NCBI GenBank assembly: GCA_011605775.1
Contig: JAAOZN010000008.1
Span: forward strand, 1-59,932
Length of the DNA stretch: 59,932 nucleotides
Source of the DNA: Nitrososphaerota archaeon
GTDB lineage: Archaea > Thermoproteota > Nitrososphaeria > Nitrososphaerales > JAAOZN01
Direction of reading: 5' to 3'
Each line of letters starts with the position of its first letter. The stretch's first letter is position 1. Below, piece after piece: positions 1-9,852 of the stretch. The notes below the pieces were generated by a model, which saw only the letters and a program-made list of their open reading frames with translations, was not told where the DNA came from and ran no database searches. The translations under genes were made by a program, and so were the position numbers.

Positions 1-151
1 AACCCTAGGCCTCTCGTCAAGAAGATGTAAGAGCACACGCCTACTGGCCATTACGAGCTGCATCAAACCTGCGTATTATAAAGCCTTCTTGCAGTCTTCA
101 ATATAATTAGAGATAGGCTTAAAGTGCACTATTTTGGTGTAATAAGAAGGG

Positions 152-547
152 TTGGCTAGGGAGGAGGCAAAGAACTGGTATGAGGGAGCCCTCATCGACC
201 TCGAGGAATCTAAATCAGCTCTCTTGAACAAAAGACTGAACTGGGCTCTCTTCGCAGCACACCAAGCCGTGGAGAAGGCGCTCAAAGCAGCCTACATTAT
301 TCTAAAGAGGAAGAGGGGCCCTAAGACCCACGACTTAACAAGGTTGGCATCTGTGTTCGACTTTCTTGCCGATTTCAGACCAATAGTATCGGAGCTCTCA
401 CCCTACTATACGGTCGCAAGGTACCCTAACGCTGCGTTTGAGAGACCTTGGGAGGCGATCAGCGAAGAGACCGCTAAGAGGCTCGTTGAAGCTGCTGAGG
501 CGGTGGTTAGAAGGGTTGGTGTTGAGCTCGGCTTTAGAAGCCCTTGA
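152..547 (+). CDS. HEPN domain protein, partner of the adjacent nucleotidyltransferase
   Basis: 131-aa ORF with a TTG start. Helical protein with LFAAHQAVEKALKAAYI and a C-terminal YYTVARYPN segment, typical of small HEPN proteins. Its 3' end overlaps the start region of the MNT gene. Confidence 0.7.
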   Translation: MAREEAKNWYEGALIDLEESKSALLNKRLNWALFAAHQAVEKALKAAYIILKRKRGPKTHDLTRLASVFDFLADFRPIVSELSPYYTVARYPNAAFERPWEAISEETAKRLVEAAEAVVRRVGVELGFRSP

Positions 548-863
548 TCTACCTAGGCGTGTTAAGGCTGCGTTAGAACGCTTTGCAAATGAGTTGAAAG
601 AGTTAGATCGTGGGTGTGAAGCCTACCTCTTTGGGAGCTACGCTAGAGGCGACTGGCTTGCTGAAAGCGACGTAGACATCATAGTCGTCTCATCCATATT
701 CGAGGGTTTAGATTTCGGCAAAAGATACGTGAAGGTGAGAAGGCTTCTTCCGAACTGGTTGTCTACTGAGCTCCTACTATATACGCCAGCTGAGTTCCAG
801 AGAGCAAAGAAGAGAAGCGTGATCATAAAGGATGCCATGAGGCACTGGGTTAAGCTGGCGTAG
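516..863 (+). CDS. Minimal nucleotidyltransferase (MNT) domain protein
   Basis: LFGSYARGDWLAESDVDIIVV matches the GS-x(9-13)-DxD Pol-beta-type nucleotidyltransferase motif. The ORF is open from 438, but in-frame TTG/GTG starts at 516-522 give the usual ~115-aa size and a short overlap with the HEPN gene. Confidence 0.75.
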   Translation: MVLSSALEALDLPRRVKAALERFANELKELDRGCEAYLFGSYARGDWLAESDVDIIVVSSIFEGLDFGKRYVKVRRLLPNWLSTELLLYTPAEFQRAKKRSVIIKDAMRHWVKLA

Positions 864-910
864 AGCTACAGCGTTTAGGTTTACCTTTACGTATTCTACG
901 GTATTCTCAT

Positions 911-1414
911 TTATCTGCCTATTCTTTTGGCTTCAGCCTTTAGGACGAGCTCGCTCCACGCCTTAGCTAAAGCATCTCTTTTTGGGAGATAGACTTTCGC
1001 ATAGAAGTCTCGCTGCGAAAGTAACACGCTCCTATCGTAGCCTTTGACGATCTTTAAAGCCTCCTCCCACACGTGCTCAAACAGCTCTCCAAACTTCGAT
1101 TCAATCTGCCTTGCAAAGTCAGCTTCGGTCTGGATTCTACCACCTATCCTAAAGTATAGCTTACCATCCTTAACCTCTTTAAGCGCAACCTCATCACCGA
1201 GCTTAAATAGGTCGATAGCCTCTTCACCAACTCTAGCCCTAGCAGCCCTAAACTCTTCGGTAAGTGGAGAAGAGCCTCGGAAGCCCCTTTTCGCAGCAGC
1301 GTAGAAGATCGCTCTATTCAAGCCCCAGCTCTTCGCACTCTCTTCAGGCAGACCGAGAACAAAGGCTCTGGCAGCCTGCAACACAGCCATCACTTGGAAG
1401 CGACCTATCACCAA
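911..1414 (-). CDS. Hypothetical protein, no family recognised
   Basis: 167-aa ORF that fills the gap between neighbouring genes. The charged, helical sequence carries no motif I can assign. Confidence 0.45.
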   Translation of the reverse strand: MVIGRFQVMAVLQAARAFVLGLPEESAKSWGLNRAIFYAAAKRGFRGSSPLTEEFRAARARVGEEAIDLFKLGDEVALKEVKDGKLYFRIGGRIQTEADFARQIESKFGELFEHVWEEALKIVKGYDRSVLLSQRDFYAKVYLPKRDALAKAWSELVLKAEAKRIGR

Positions 1415-1560
1415 GCTGGCTCAAAAGATTAAGCTTACCAGACCTATTTAGCCTTTAAACGCGAAGCTATACTTCCCATTTTTAGAATAATGAGAAGGGA
1501 TCTTTTAAGATGAAACAAAATACTGGATGGAGTAGTTACTGCACGGCAGTGCGTCTCTTT

Positions 1561-2211
1561 TTACTCTTTAGGCAAGATTTCTACTCTGCCTTTAACACCG
1601 GCCTTGAAGCGCTTCGCATCAGATTCGCTGCCGACTATGGCACCATAATGCATAGGTATAGCGACCTTTGGCTTCATGGTGTTAGCCAGCTCGATGGCTT
1701 CGTCGGCAGTCATAACATATGTGCCGCTAACAGGTAGAAGTGCTATGTCCACATTCAACCCCTTTATCTCCGGTATATCATCGGTGTCTCCAGCGTGGTA
1801 GATGCTGACCCCTTTAACCTTCACCACGTAGCCAACCCTACCATCCTCTTTCGGGTGAAAGACTTGACCAGGAGCCCTAAACTTGTTTATGTTATATGCT
1901 GGTACCGCCTGCACAGTTACCCCTCTTACTTCTCTGGTTTCACCAGGTTTGATTATCACGACTTCTTTGCAGCGGATACCTTTGAGCCCAGATTCAGCGA
2001 TCTTCGGCGCTACGATCGTTGTATCGCTTGTGGCGATCTTCTTTATGTCCTCTGGGCTAAGATGGTCGAAGTGTTCATGTGTAACTAAGATAAGATCCGC
2101 TTTCTCTCCGCCTGCTATCTTGAAGGGGTCTATGTAGATTGTGCAATCGTCTTTGATTTTGAAACAGTCATGCCCGAGCCAAGATATCTTAACACCACCA
2201 TACTCAAACAT
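1561..2211 (-). CDS. Metallo-beta-lactamase-fold hydrolase (UPF0173-like)
   Basis: 216 aa. It has the LILVTHEHFDH motif (HxHxDH) and a later HAGD/PMHY region, and the N-terminal ISWLGHDCF is typical of this family. Confidence 0.8.
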   Translation of the reverse strand: MFEYGGVKISWLGHDCFKIKDDCTIYIDPFKIAGGEKADLILVTHEHFDHLSPEDIKKIATSDTTIVAPKIAESGLKGIRCKEVVIIKPGETREVRGVTVQAVPAYNINKFRAPGQVFHPKEDGRVGYVVKVKGVSIYHAGDTDDIPEIKGLNVDIALLPVSGTYVMTADEAIELANTMKPKVAIPMHYGAIVGSESDAKRFKAGVKGRVEILPKE

Positions 2212-2261
2212 AGCGGGTCAACACTCATAGCATATACTCACTATTAAAGCTTAATGAGGAG

Positions 2262-2744
2262 TCACAACGATATTATTTCAACGCTGACCTTCTCGCCTAA
2301 AGTGATCACAGCACAGGTCTTCCGAAGCGCTGGGAATGCGCCGGTCAGACTACCTGGATTCACGTAAATAACCCCCTCAACTTCCTCCTTCTTCGCTTGA
2401 TGAGTATGACCGTACACAACTAGCTTAGCCTGATCAAAGCGCTTTTTGACCCTCTCCAGGAGACCGAAGGGGCTTCCGCCTTCGCTTGGATGGATCACAC
2501 CGATTCTGAACCCCTCAGCCTCAATTACTTCTATCGGTTTGAGCTCAGCCCTAACGCTTGGTGGATCCATGTTGCCGTACACTCCTATAAAGTGGCTTAT
2601 TTCTTTAAGCTCTCTGACGAACTGTATTCCGGTGTAGTCTCCAGCATGTAGGATTAGGTCTGCTTTTGAGAGCCTATCTACGATCTTCTGGTCAAGGTCG
2701 TTTAGGCTTTGGATATGTGTGTCTGAGATAGCTATGATCCTCAA
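2262..2744 (-). CDS. Metallophosphoesterase, YfcE/MJ0936 family
   Basis: 160 aa with the ordered motifs ISDTH, GDY, GNMD, GHTH and a C-terminal NPGS. Confidence 0.8.
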   Translation of the reverse strand: MRIIAISDTHIQSLNDLDQKIVDRLSKADLILHAGDYTGIQFVRELKEISHFIGVYGNMDPPSVRAELKPIEVIEAEGFRIGVIHPSEGGSPFGLLERVKKRFDQAKLVVYGHTHQAKKEEVEGVIYVNPGSLTGAFPALRKTCAVITLGEKVSVEIISL

Positions 2745-2790
2745 CCATCACCACCTGTTAGCATCATTTTTAAAGTGGCTTCTATTAATT

Positions 2791-3285
2791 ATGTTTGCTG
2801 TGAGGGTTCTTATAGCCTTCTTCTCATACACAGGCAACACAAGGTCTGCCGCCAAGCAACTAGCGTCCTTACTGTATAACAAGGAGGTCGAAGTTGATTT
2901 AGAGGAGATACAGCCTACTAAACGCTACCACTACCTCTACTGGCTCTTCCTATCTTTCATCCCGAATCTACGAACTCCCATAAGACAGCCTAGCGCTGAT
3001 CCAAGCAAATACGATCTTATCTGCTTAGGTCTACCAAAATGGACCCTAGCCTGCCCACCCGTAAACCAATATCTTGAAAAGGTCAACTTAACGGGAAAAA
3101 CGGTAGGTCTATTCGTGACCTACGGAGGGTTTGACGAAAGGCGCTACCTGAAACAGATGATCAAACGCCTTACTAAAAAAAGTGTGAAGGTTAAAGCTAC
3201 GCTACTATTAAAGAGAAGTTGGGTTAAAGAAGGTAAGATAGGTGAGCCTCTACGCAGGTTTTGCAACGCACTCCTAGACCTTTAA
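2791..3285 (+). CDS. Flavodoxin-like protein
   Basis: VLIAFFSYTGNTRSAAKQLA is a flavodoxin FMN phosphate-loop-like N-terminus. The ATG at 2791 is in frame inside the longer 2719 ORF and lies about 20 nt downstream of an ATTTTTAAAG TATA-like box. Confidence 0.6.
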   Translation: MFAVRVLIAFFSYTGNTRSAAKQLASLLYNKEVEVDLEEIQPTKRYHYLYWLFLSFIPNLRTPIRQPSADPSKYDLICLGLPKWTLACPPVNQYLEKVNLTGKTVGLFVTYGGFDERRYLKQMIKRLTKKSVKVKATLLLKRSWVKEGKIGEPLRRFCNALLDL

Positions 3286-4001
3286 GCCGCTTTCTTCCAC
3301 ACCACGCTGTACTCGCAGAAGTCGTCTCCGTGACCCATACATTTGGTCTTGGTTATCTTCACCCCGCCTATTGCTTCGCTGATACCTTGGTGCACAGCGG
3401 TGTCAAGTACGTCACATACCAGCTCTGGGTACTTTGTTGCGAGCTCTAGGAATTGGCAGCTGTGCTCCCTGAAGACAACTCTGTCGCTGCCTAACTTTAC
3501 GGCTTCAGGCTGCACACCTATTTGGGTCAGATAGTTGTCAACGTAGACTGACTTAAAGGTCTGAGGGGTCCATCTGGTTATGTTGAATTTAGATGCTAAC
3601 TCCTCTATTATCTCCTTCCCTTTATTAACACCTGCTGTGTAAAGTAGCTTTTTAGCGCCTTCTGCGCCTAGGTTTTGCTTCAAAGTTTCCAGCAGCAGTT
3701 TGGCCAGTAGGATGTAATTTCTAGCTGGAAACTCGACTGAGATCTGCTTCTTAGCGAGTTTGTAGTAGATTCTTGGTCTGCCGATGTTTCCCTTTTCTTC
3801 GTATGTTTCTACCAGACCTAGCCTATGTAGGGCTTGCAGGTGGTATCTTACAGCAGTTGGTTGTATCCCTGTTTCCTTGACTATCGCCTTAATGTCCTTA
3901 GGCCCTTTTGCAAGCAGTTCAAGTATCTTCCATCTTGAGCTGCTGGCTAATACTTTTGATACTTCAGCACTAACCCCCATATTATCACACCTCAATATCA
4001 T
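3282..4001 (-). CDS. ArsR-type winged-helix regulator with a C-terminal V4R-like Cys domain
   Basis: The N-terminus RWKILELLAKGPKDIKAIVKETGIQPTAVRYHLQALHRLGLV is an ArsR/SmtB HTH. The C-terminus KCMGHGDDFCEYSVVW resembles the V4R small-molecule-binding domain. Confidence 0.65.
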   Translation of the reverse strand: MILRCDNMGVSAEVSKVLASSSRWKILELLAKGPKDIKAIVKETGIQPTAVRYHLQALHRLGLVETYEEKGNIGRPRIYYKLAKKQISVEFPARNYILLAKLLLETLKQNLGAEGAKKLLYTAGVNKGKEIIEELASKFNITRWTPQTFKSVYVDNYLTQIGVQPEAVKLGSDRVVFREHSCQFLELATKYPELVCDVLDTAVHQGISEAIGGVKITKTKCMGHGDDFCEYSVVWKKAA

Positions 4002-4071
4002 CGTAGCCTCCGTTTAAGCATTTCTTACCTTTAATATATAGAATATGAAAAGAAGCTGAATAGCTGACTAC

Positions 4072-4953
4072 CTATTTCTTGCGATACGTGCGGATCAGAA
4101 GAGGTAGAGCGATCACCAGGTAGGTTATGTGCACGATCAGCCTAAGCCACTCTGCTTTAATCGTATAACCAAAGAGAACAGCAAAGATAGATCCTAAAGC
4201 TCCCTTATGGTGGATGAGACTGTCGCTTGAAATATTAAGCGCGTAAGCTGGCTCAGCAACCCAACCTAATTCTACACCGATAGATTCAGAGTACTCAAGC
4301 AGTTCGTGTGTACCATACCCTGCTAAGCCTGCTGCCAATAAAGTGAGTAGAATGCTTGTGTAGTAGAAGAATCTTCTTAGATTAAGTGTCATGCCTATCT
4401 TGTAAAACAAGTAGGCTAAGATTATCGCTGCACCTATTCCTAGCGCAGCACCAGCCAACGTCTCTTGAGGAGTTGTTATCATGAATGGTGTGAGGAAGAG
4501 CACGGTCTCTAACCCTTCCCTAAAAACGACTATGAAGCTAAGTGTGATAAAGGCGATGGCCGCCCTTTTCTGAAGGAGGTAGGCTGAAACGCTGCTTCTG
4601 CCAGATACTACCATAACCTCTTCCCGCACTAGGCTTCTAAGCTTGCCTTCTATCTCCTCTTTGATCCTCCTACCTTTTAGAGCCATCCAGTAGATCATGG
4701 ATGTAAGCACCGCGACGGCGACCAAAGCTGCTACTCCCTCGAATAGGACTTGGGCTTCTTTAGGCAAGATTCCATATGTGACCCAGATAGTGGCTCCTAT
4801 GAGAAAGCTTAAGGCTATGGAGAGGTAAACCCCCGTCCAAACATACTTCGTTAAACTTCTCCTCTCTATTCTGATGAGGTATGCTAGGATAACGGTTGTG
4901 ATTAGAGCTGCTTCAAACCCTTCACGTAGAGCGATAAGCAGCTGACCTAACAT
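4072..4953 (-). CDS. FTR1/EfeU-family iron permease
   Basis: 293-aa polytopic membrane protein with two REGxE motifs (REGFEAAL and REGLETVL), the signature of FTR1 permeases. Confidence 0.8.
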   Translation of the reverse strand: MLGQLLIALREGFEAALITTVILAYLIRIERRSLTKYVWTGVYLSIALSFLIGATIWVTYGILPKEAQVLFEGVAALVAVAVLTSMIYWMALKGRRIKEEIEGKLRSLVREEVMVVSGRSSVSAYLLQKRAAIAFITLSFIVVFREGLETVLFLTPFMITTPQETLAGAALGIGAAIILAYLFYKIGMTLNLRRFFYYTSILLTLLAAGLAGYGTHELLEYSESIGVELGWVAEPAYALNISSDSLIHHKGALGSIFAVLFGYTIKAEWLRLIVHITYLVIALPLLIRTYRKK

Positions 4954-4959
4954 TTTATC

Positions 4960-4975
4960 ACTATTAGGTAATAGT
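4960..4975. promoter_or_regulatory. 16-bp perfect palindrome ACTATTAGGTAATAGT, candidate operator
   Basis: 7-bp arms with a 2-bp spacer, 7 nt upstream of the FTR1 start codon (4953, minus strand). It sits in the divergent spacer shared with the HTH-regulator gene at 5057. Confidence 0.35.
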
Positions 4976-5056
4976 ACAGTTAGCTTTTAATAAGCGTTCT
5001 GCTGTTAAATAATCTAATTAACGGTGTAAAAAAAGGTAACTAGAACGGTTGATAGG

Positions 5057-5773
5057 GTGAAGGTTGAGGAGATCTTACCTACTCTTCGAGCGCATGTAGC
5101 GGCTCAGCTGGTCTCTAGATTCGGTTTTTCTAAGAAGGATGCTGCGTCTTCGCTTGGTGTGACTCCGGCTGCTGTAACGCAGTATCTGAAGGGTAGGCGG
5201 GGCAGTAGGCTACGAGGCATACTTGAAGGCGATGTGTTGTTGGTGGTTGAGGAGCTCACCCGCAAGATCGCAGGGGGTCTGGAGCGCGGTGCTGTTGAAT
5301 TGAATCTTTTGGACGTTGCTAAGCAGATAATCTCGCTCTCAAGGGGGTTGAATGTGCGACCTAAGGTTGAGGAGGGGTTCGATGAATTGGCGCTTCAACT
5401 TAATGCTAGGAGGATGCTTGAGCTTAAGACCGCCCAACGCTGCCTAAAGGCTTCAGACACACTCAGAGACGAGCTGCTCGAGCTCCTCCTTAGACAGATC
5501 GCTTCAGATAGCCTCAGACACGCCGATATAGTTTCACACATACTTGCTAGGCTAGATCGATTGAACGAACCCATCTTCACCACAACAGATTCTGCCACCC
5601 TAAAGAATGTGCTACGGATCGAGGATGAGACGGTCGATCAGAGACTAGACCATCTAAAGGAGTGCAGCCCAGTAGTAAAAGCGCTTCTCAACTCCATCGA
5701 CTTGGATGAAGAAAAGCACACAAAGATCCTTAAGATCGCGTTAGGTGAACAGCCACCAAAAGAGCAAACCTAA
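5057..5773 (+). CDS. Putative HTH transcriptional regulator with a helical, ferritin-like C-terminal region
   Basis: The N-terminus FSKKDAASSLGVTPAAVTQYLKGRRG looks like an XRE/COG2522-type HTH. The C-terminal half is helical, with D/E/H-rich pairs (SLRHADIVSHIL, DEEKHTKIL). Confidence 0.5.
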   Translation: MKVEEILPTLRAHVAAQLVSRFGFSKKDAASSLGVTPAAVTQYLKGRRGSRLRGILEGDVLLVVEELTRKIAGGLERGAVELNLLDVAKQIISLSRGLNVRPKVEEGFDELALQLNARRMLELKTAQRCLKASDTLRDELLELLLRQIASDSLRHADIVSHILARLDRLNEPIFTTTDSATLKNVLRIEDETVDQRLDHLKECSPVVKALLNSIDLDEEKHTKILKIALGEQPPKEQT

Positions 5774-5804
5774 AAGGCTTCAGAACAACTTAGGGACTCT
5801 GAGC

Positions 5805-7778
5805 TTGCAGAGCAAGAGTAAGCCGAGCTTAGGAGATCTGTGCCGACTTTACAGTGTGCAGACGATGTATCGTGATGTTTTTGGCAAGGTTAGGCGACCA
5901 CCCAATGCTTCGCTTCTAAAGGTCCTTAGATCGCTTGGAGCAAAATTAGAGGGTCTATCCGATGTAACCCAAGCCTATCGAGCGCGGCTTGCTCAACTTA
6001 AGTCTAGAGTCGTAGAGCCTGTGCTGGTTCTGTTTGATGGAAGCAGATCCCTACCAATAAAACTAGAGGAACATTCAGATAACAAGATTGTATGTAGGCT
6101 AAGATTAGAGGGAGAAGAGAAAGTCAGAGAATGGGTCATCAATGCTAGCACTCAGCCTGTCAAGGATTTTACCCTAAGAGCACCTTTCGATATACCCTTT
6201 GGATACCATAGGCTTGATGTGAGGGTTGGTGATTCGACATATCGCTCTCTCGTTATCGCGGCACCCTCCAAGGCCTATCAACAAAAGAGTAGGGTTTGGG
6301 GTCTGTTCATACCACTTTACGCTCTCCATTCAAGGAGAAGCTGGGGCGCAGGAACCTATACTGATATTCTTAACCTCATTAAGTGGGCGTCTAGAGTTGG
6401 CGCTTCATTTGTCGGGACTACTCCGCTACTTCCTTTTAATCCCTCTGCCCCCTTCGACCCAAGCCCATATTCGCCCTCCAGCAGACTCTTCTGGAGTGAC
6501 TTCTACGTAGATCTAAACACACCCTCTACTCTAAAGCTGTTGGATGAAGGATTAAGGAAGAAGTTAAGGGAGGTAGTTTTAGCGAAAAGAGTTGGGTACG
6601 AAGATATAATTCAAATCAAAACTCATATTGCAGCTAAACTCGCTCAAAAAGCTCTAAAGAACAGAAACAGCAAAATAGTAAGATACATCAAAGAACACCC
6701 AGAGCTGGAGGAATTTGCTAGATTCAGAGCAGCGAGGGAATCAGAACAGACAAAGGGGTTTGAAAAGAGTGTTAGCCAGCACCTTTACCTACAAGCGCTA
6801 GCCCACCTACAGTTTGAACAAGTTTCACATTACGCCAAAAGGGTGGGGGTTGGTTTATATCTAGATTTACCTCTTGGTTGCAGCCCTGAGGGTTATGATG
6901 CTTGGCGTTACAGCGACCTATTCGTCAAAGATGTTTCAGTTGGTGCTCCACCAGACTTCTTCTTCCCCAGGGGGCAGAACTGGGGCATAAACCCTTTACA
7001 TCCAGAAAAGATTAGAGAAGCTGGCTACAGCTACTTCATGGAATGCGTCAGACACCATATGCGGCACGCGGGCTACCTTAGACTGGATCACATAATGGCC
7101 CTACACAGACTCTATTGGATACCAAAAGGCGCTGGAAGCGGTGAAGGAGTTTATGTGAAGTATAGGGCTGAGGAGTTCTACGCCATAATATGCCTAGAGT
7201 CACATAGGCATAGATGTGTGGTGGTAGGCGAAAACCTCGGTACAGTGCCAAGCTATGTGAACAGGTCTCTCAGAAGGCACGGGCTACTAGGATGCTTCAT
7301 CCTCCAACTAAAACACCCCCAAACCATAGAGCAGATCACACCTAACACCCTAGCTGCGTTGAACACACACGATATGCCGACATTCAAGGCCTATCTAAAC
7401 GGGTTAGACATAACACTAAGACACAAAATGGGGTTAATAAGTGATCAGCAAGCAGCAAAGGAACGCGAGCAACGTAAGCAGCAGATAAAGGAGCTGAAGC
7501 AGTACTTAAAAGATCGCGGCTTACTCAAAGAAGAGCATTCTTTAGAGGATCTCCTAGCGGCAAGTCTAAAGATGCTTGCTTCCAGCAGCGCCAAACTGCT
7601 CTTAATCAGCTTGGAGGATCTATGGCTCGAAGAAGCGGTGCACAACATTCCTGGAACAGGTGCAGAGGCTGGGAACTGGAGGCATAGATCAGAGCTCAGC
7701 TTAGAAAGGATTGTGAAAGATACTAGAGTTAGGGCGCTCCTCGAGATGGTAGCTGAAGCCAGAAGATCCGCATCTTAG
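5805..7778 (+). CDS. malQ: 4-alpha-glucanotransferase (amylomaltase, GH77), long form
   Basis: WGLFIPLYALHSRRSWGAGTYTDI, TTPLLPF, SPYSPSSRLFW, LRLDHIMAL and VVGENLGTVP match conserved GH77 blocks. The start is uncertain: the ORF is open from 5745, and the TTG at 5805 avoids overlap with the upstream gene. Confidence 0.8.
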   Translation: MQSKSKPSLGDLCRLYSVQTMYRDVFGKVRRPPNASLLKVLRSLGAKLEGLSDVTQAYRARLAQLKSRVVEPVLVLFDGSRSLPIKLEEHSDNKIVCRLRLEGEEKVREWVINASTQPVKDFTLRAPFDIPFGYHRLDVRVGDSTYRSLVIAAPSKAYQQKSRVWGLFIPLYALHSRRSWGAGTYTDILNLIKWASRVGASFVGTTPLLPFNPSAPFDPSPYSPSSRLFWSDFYVDLNTPSTLKLLDEGLRKKLREVVLAKRVGYEDIIQIKTHIAAKLAQKALKNRNSKIVRYIKEHPELEEFARFRAARESEQTKGFEKSVSQHLYLQALAHLQFEQVSHYAKRVGVGLYLDLPLGCSPEGYDAWRYSDLFVKDVSVGAPPDFFFPRGQNWGINPLHPEKIREAGYSYFMECVRHHMRHAGYLRLDHIMALHRLYWIPKGAGSGEGVYVKYRAEEFYAIICLESHRHRCVVVGENLGTVPSYVNRSLRRHGLLGCFILQLKHPQTIEQITPNTLAALNTHDMPTFKAYLNGLDITLRHKMGLISDQQAAKEREQRKQQIKELKQYLKDRGLLKEEHSLEDLLAASLKMLASSSAKLLLISLEDLWLEEAVHNIPGTGAEAGNWRHRSELSLERIVKDTRVRALLEMVAEARRSAS

Positions 7779-7808
7779 TAACCTTAATCAGCCAGGATAT
7801 GCCCTATT

Positions 7809-9836
7809 TTGATTAGGTTGAATAGACTAGCGAGGGAGAAGAGTCCTTATCTAAGGCAACACGCTTCTAACCCGGTAGATTGGTACCCTTGGTGTGACGA
7901 AGCGATAGCTAAGGCTAAGGCTGAGGATAAGCCAATACTTCTCAGCATAGGTTACTCAACCTGCCACTGGTGCCACGTTATGAACCGTGAAAGCTTTATG
8001 GATGAAGAGACCGCAGCTATCATAAACAGATACTTCATACCTATAAAAGTTGACCGAGAGGAGAGGCCTGATATTGATCAACTCTATATGAAAGCTGTTC
8101 TCGCTATGAGTGGTGTTGGAGGATGGCCTTTAACCGTCTTCTTAACACCAACCTTAAGACCCTTCTACGGAGGCACATACTTCCCCCCTGAAGATAGGTT
8201 CGGTCTACCAGGCTTTAAGCGGCTACTCATAACTATAGCGGAGTATTGGAAGAAGGATAGGGCTAGAATAGAGGAGGCTTCATCTGAGATAATAACCTAC
8301 CTTAGAGAGCGCACTAAGCCTGTAGAGCAAGAGCCAGACCAACAGATTATGCAGGAAGCCATGCTTAAGCTCAGCGGTGCCTTCGACCCTCTCTACGGAG
8401 GATTCGGCGAAGCCCCCAAATTCCCAAACGCACCCATCCTCTCATTCATCACAAGATACTATCTAAAGAACAAGAGCAAAGTCGCCCTTAACATACTCAC
8501 AAAGACACTAACCTCTATGGCGAAAGGCGGCATCTTTGACCAGATAGGCGGAGGCTTCCACAGATATTCAACAGACCGATTTTGGCTTGTACCACATTTT
8601 GAAAAGATGCTCTATGATAACGCTCTGCTCACCTCGATCTATGTAGATGCTTGGCGGATCACCAGAGACCCGTTTTATAGGCGTGTTGCGGAGCAGACCA
8701 TAAATTGGATTCTAACCGAAATGGCTTCACCACTCGGAGGCTTCTACTCAGCACAAGATGCTGAAACTGAGGGCAAAGAAGGGTACTATTATACTTGGAC
8801 CAAGGGGGAAATAGATGGTTTGGTTGGCTCAAAGGCCTTCAATCTATTTTACGGTATAACAGAAGAAGGTAACTTTGAAGGAAGAAATATACTATATGTA
8901 GCCAAGGAGGTCGAGCAAGTCGCTTACGAACTGGGTTTAGATAAGCAGCAAGTCGAAAAAGAACTTTCCGAGGCTCGACAGACGCTTCTAAAGGAGCGTG
9001 AGAAGCGTGCTAAACCGGATGTGGATACGAAGATCTTGACATCGTGGAACGCTCTTGTGATCTCAGCCCTTTCAGCAGCCTACCAAGCCTTTGACGAGGA
9101 GAAGTATCTTGAAGCGGCTGAGCGTTGCGCATCCTTTATCAAGCGGGAGATGATGAAGAGCGGACAACTATACCATAGTTGGTGCGATGGCGAAGCTAGC
9201 GTCAAAGGGTTGCTTGAAGACTACGCCTACTTAACCAACGCCTTGATCGATCTATATGAATCAGACTTTGATGTAGAGTGGTTGGAGTGGAGCTGTAGGT
9301 TAGCGGAGAAAGCTATCGAACTCTTCGAAGATGAGATTGAGGGTGGCTTCTATAATTCACAAGAAGAGAACATCGTTTTAAGACTTAAAGAGGCCCAAGA
9401 TGGTGCTACGCCTTCACCCTATGGATTAATGGTTTACGCATTACTCCGACTATCAGCGCTAACACAAAACGGGAAATTCGCTTTAACGGCTGAGAGGGCG
9501 CTCAAAGCAGTTTGGGGAAGCGTAGCCGAGGTGCCTGAAGAACACACAACACTAATCTCAGCACTAGATTACAGAAATACGCAGCCTGTTGAAGTGGTTA
9601 TTATAGGCGAACCGAAGAGAGCCAAACACTTATTAGAAGAAGTCTACCGAACACCACTACTTAAACGGGTCCTGGCTCAGAGTGCAGACGGATCTGAACA
9701 CTCAACTCTTATCCCTCTAGTGAAAGGGAAAACACTTGCAGCCGGCTCGCCTACAGCCTATATTTGTGCGAAGCAAAGCTGCTACCCACCAGCCACGAGC
9801 AGAGAGGAGCTAAGGAGGCTTCTCTCGACACTATAA
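7809..9836 (+). CDS. Thioredoxin-domain protein of the DUF255/YyaL (SPATA20-like) family
   Basis: The N-terminus [28 protein letters not shown]...[11 protein letters not shown] is the family signature. It is followed by a long alpha/alpha-toroid-like region, 675 aa in total. Confidence 0.85.
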   Translation: MIRLNRLAREKSPYLRQHASNPVDWYPWCDEAIAKAKAEDKPILLSIGYSTCHWCHVMNRESFMDEETAAIINRYFIPIKVDREERPDIDQLYMKAVLAMSGVGGWPLTVFLTPTLRPFYGGTYFPPEDRFGLPGFKRLLITIAEYWKKDRARIEEASSEIITYLRERTKPVEQEPDQQIMQEAMLKLSGAFDPLYGGFGEAPKFPNAPILSFITRYYLKNKSKVALNILTKTLTSMAKGGIFDQIGGGFHRYSTDRFWLVPHFEKMLYDNALLTSIYVDAWRITRDPFYRRVAEQTINWILTEMASPLGGFYSAQDAETEGKEGYYYTWTKGEIDGLVGSKAFNLFYGITEEGNFEGRNILYVAKEVEQVAYELGLDKQQVEKELSEARQTLLKEREKRAKPDVDTKILTSWNALVISALSAAYQAFDEEKYLEAAERCASFIKREMMKSGQLYHSWCDGEASVKGLLEDYAYLTNALIDLYESDFDVEWLEWSCRLAEKAIELFEDEIEGGFYNSQEENIVLRLKEAQDGATPSPYGLMVYALLRLSALTQNGKFALTAERALKAVWGSVAEVPEEHTTLISALDYRNTQPVEVVIIGEPKRAKHLLEEVYRTPLLKRVLAQSADGSEHSTLIPLVKGKTLAAGSPTAYICAKQSCYPPATSREELRRLLSTL

Positions 9837-9852
9837 AAATAAGGAGAAGGGG

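Noticed and set aside
1-30. Possible 3' end of a + strand gene (...PRPLVKKM*) at the window edge
   Set aside because: Only 9 codons are visible, so it cannot be supported or identified.
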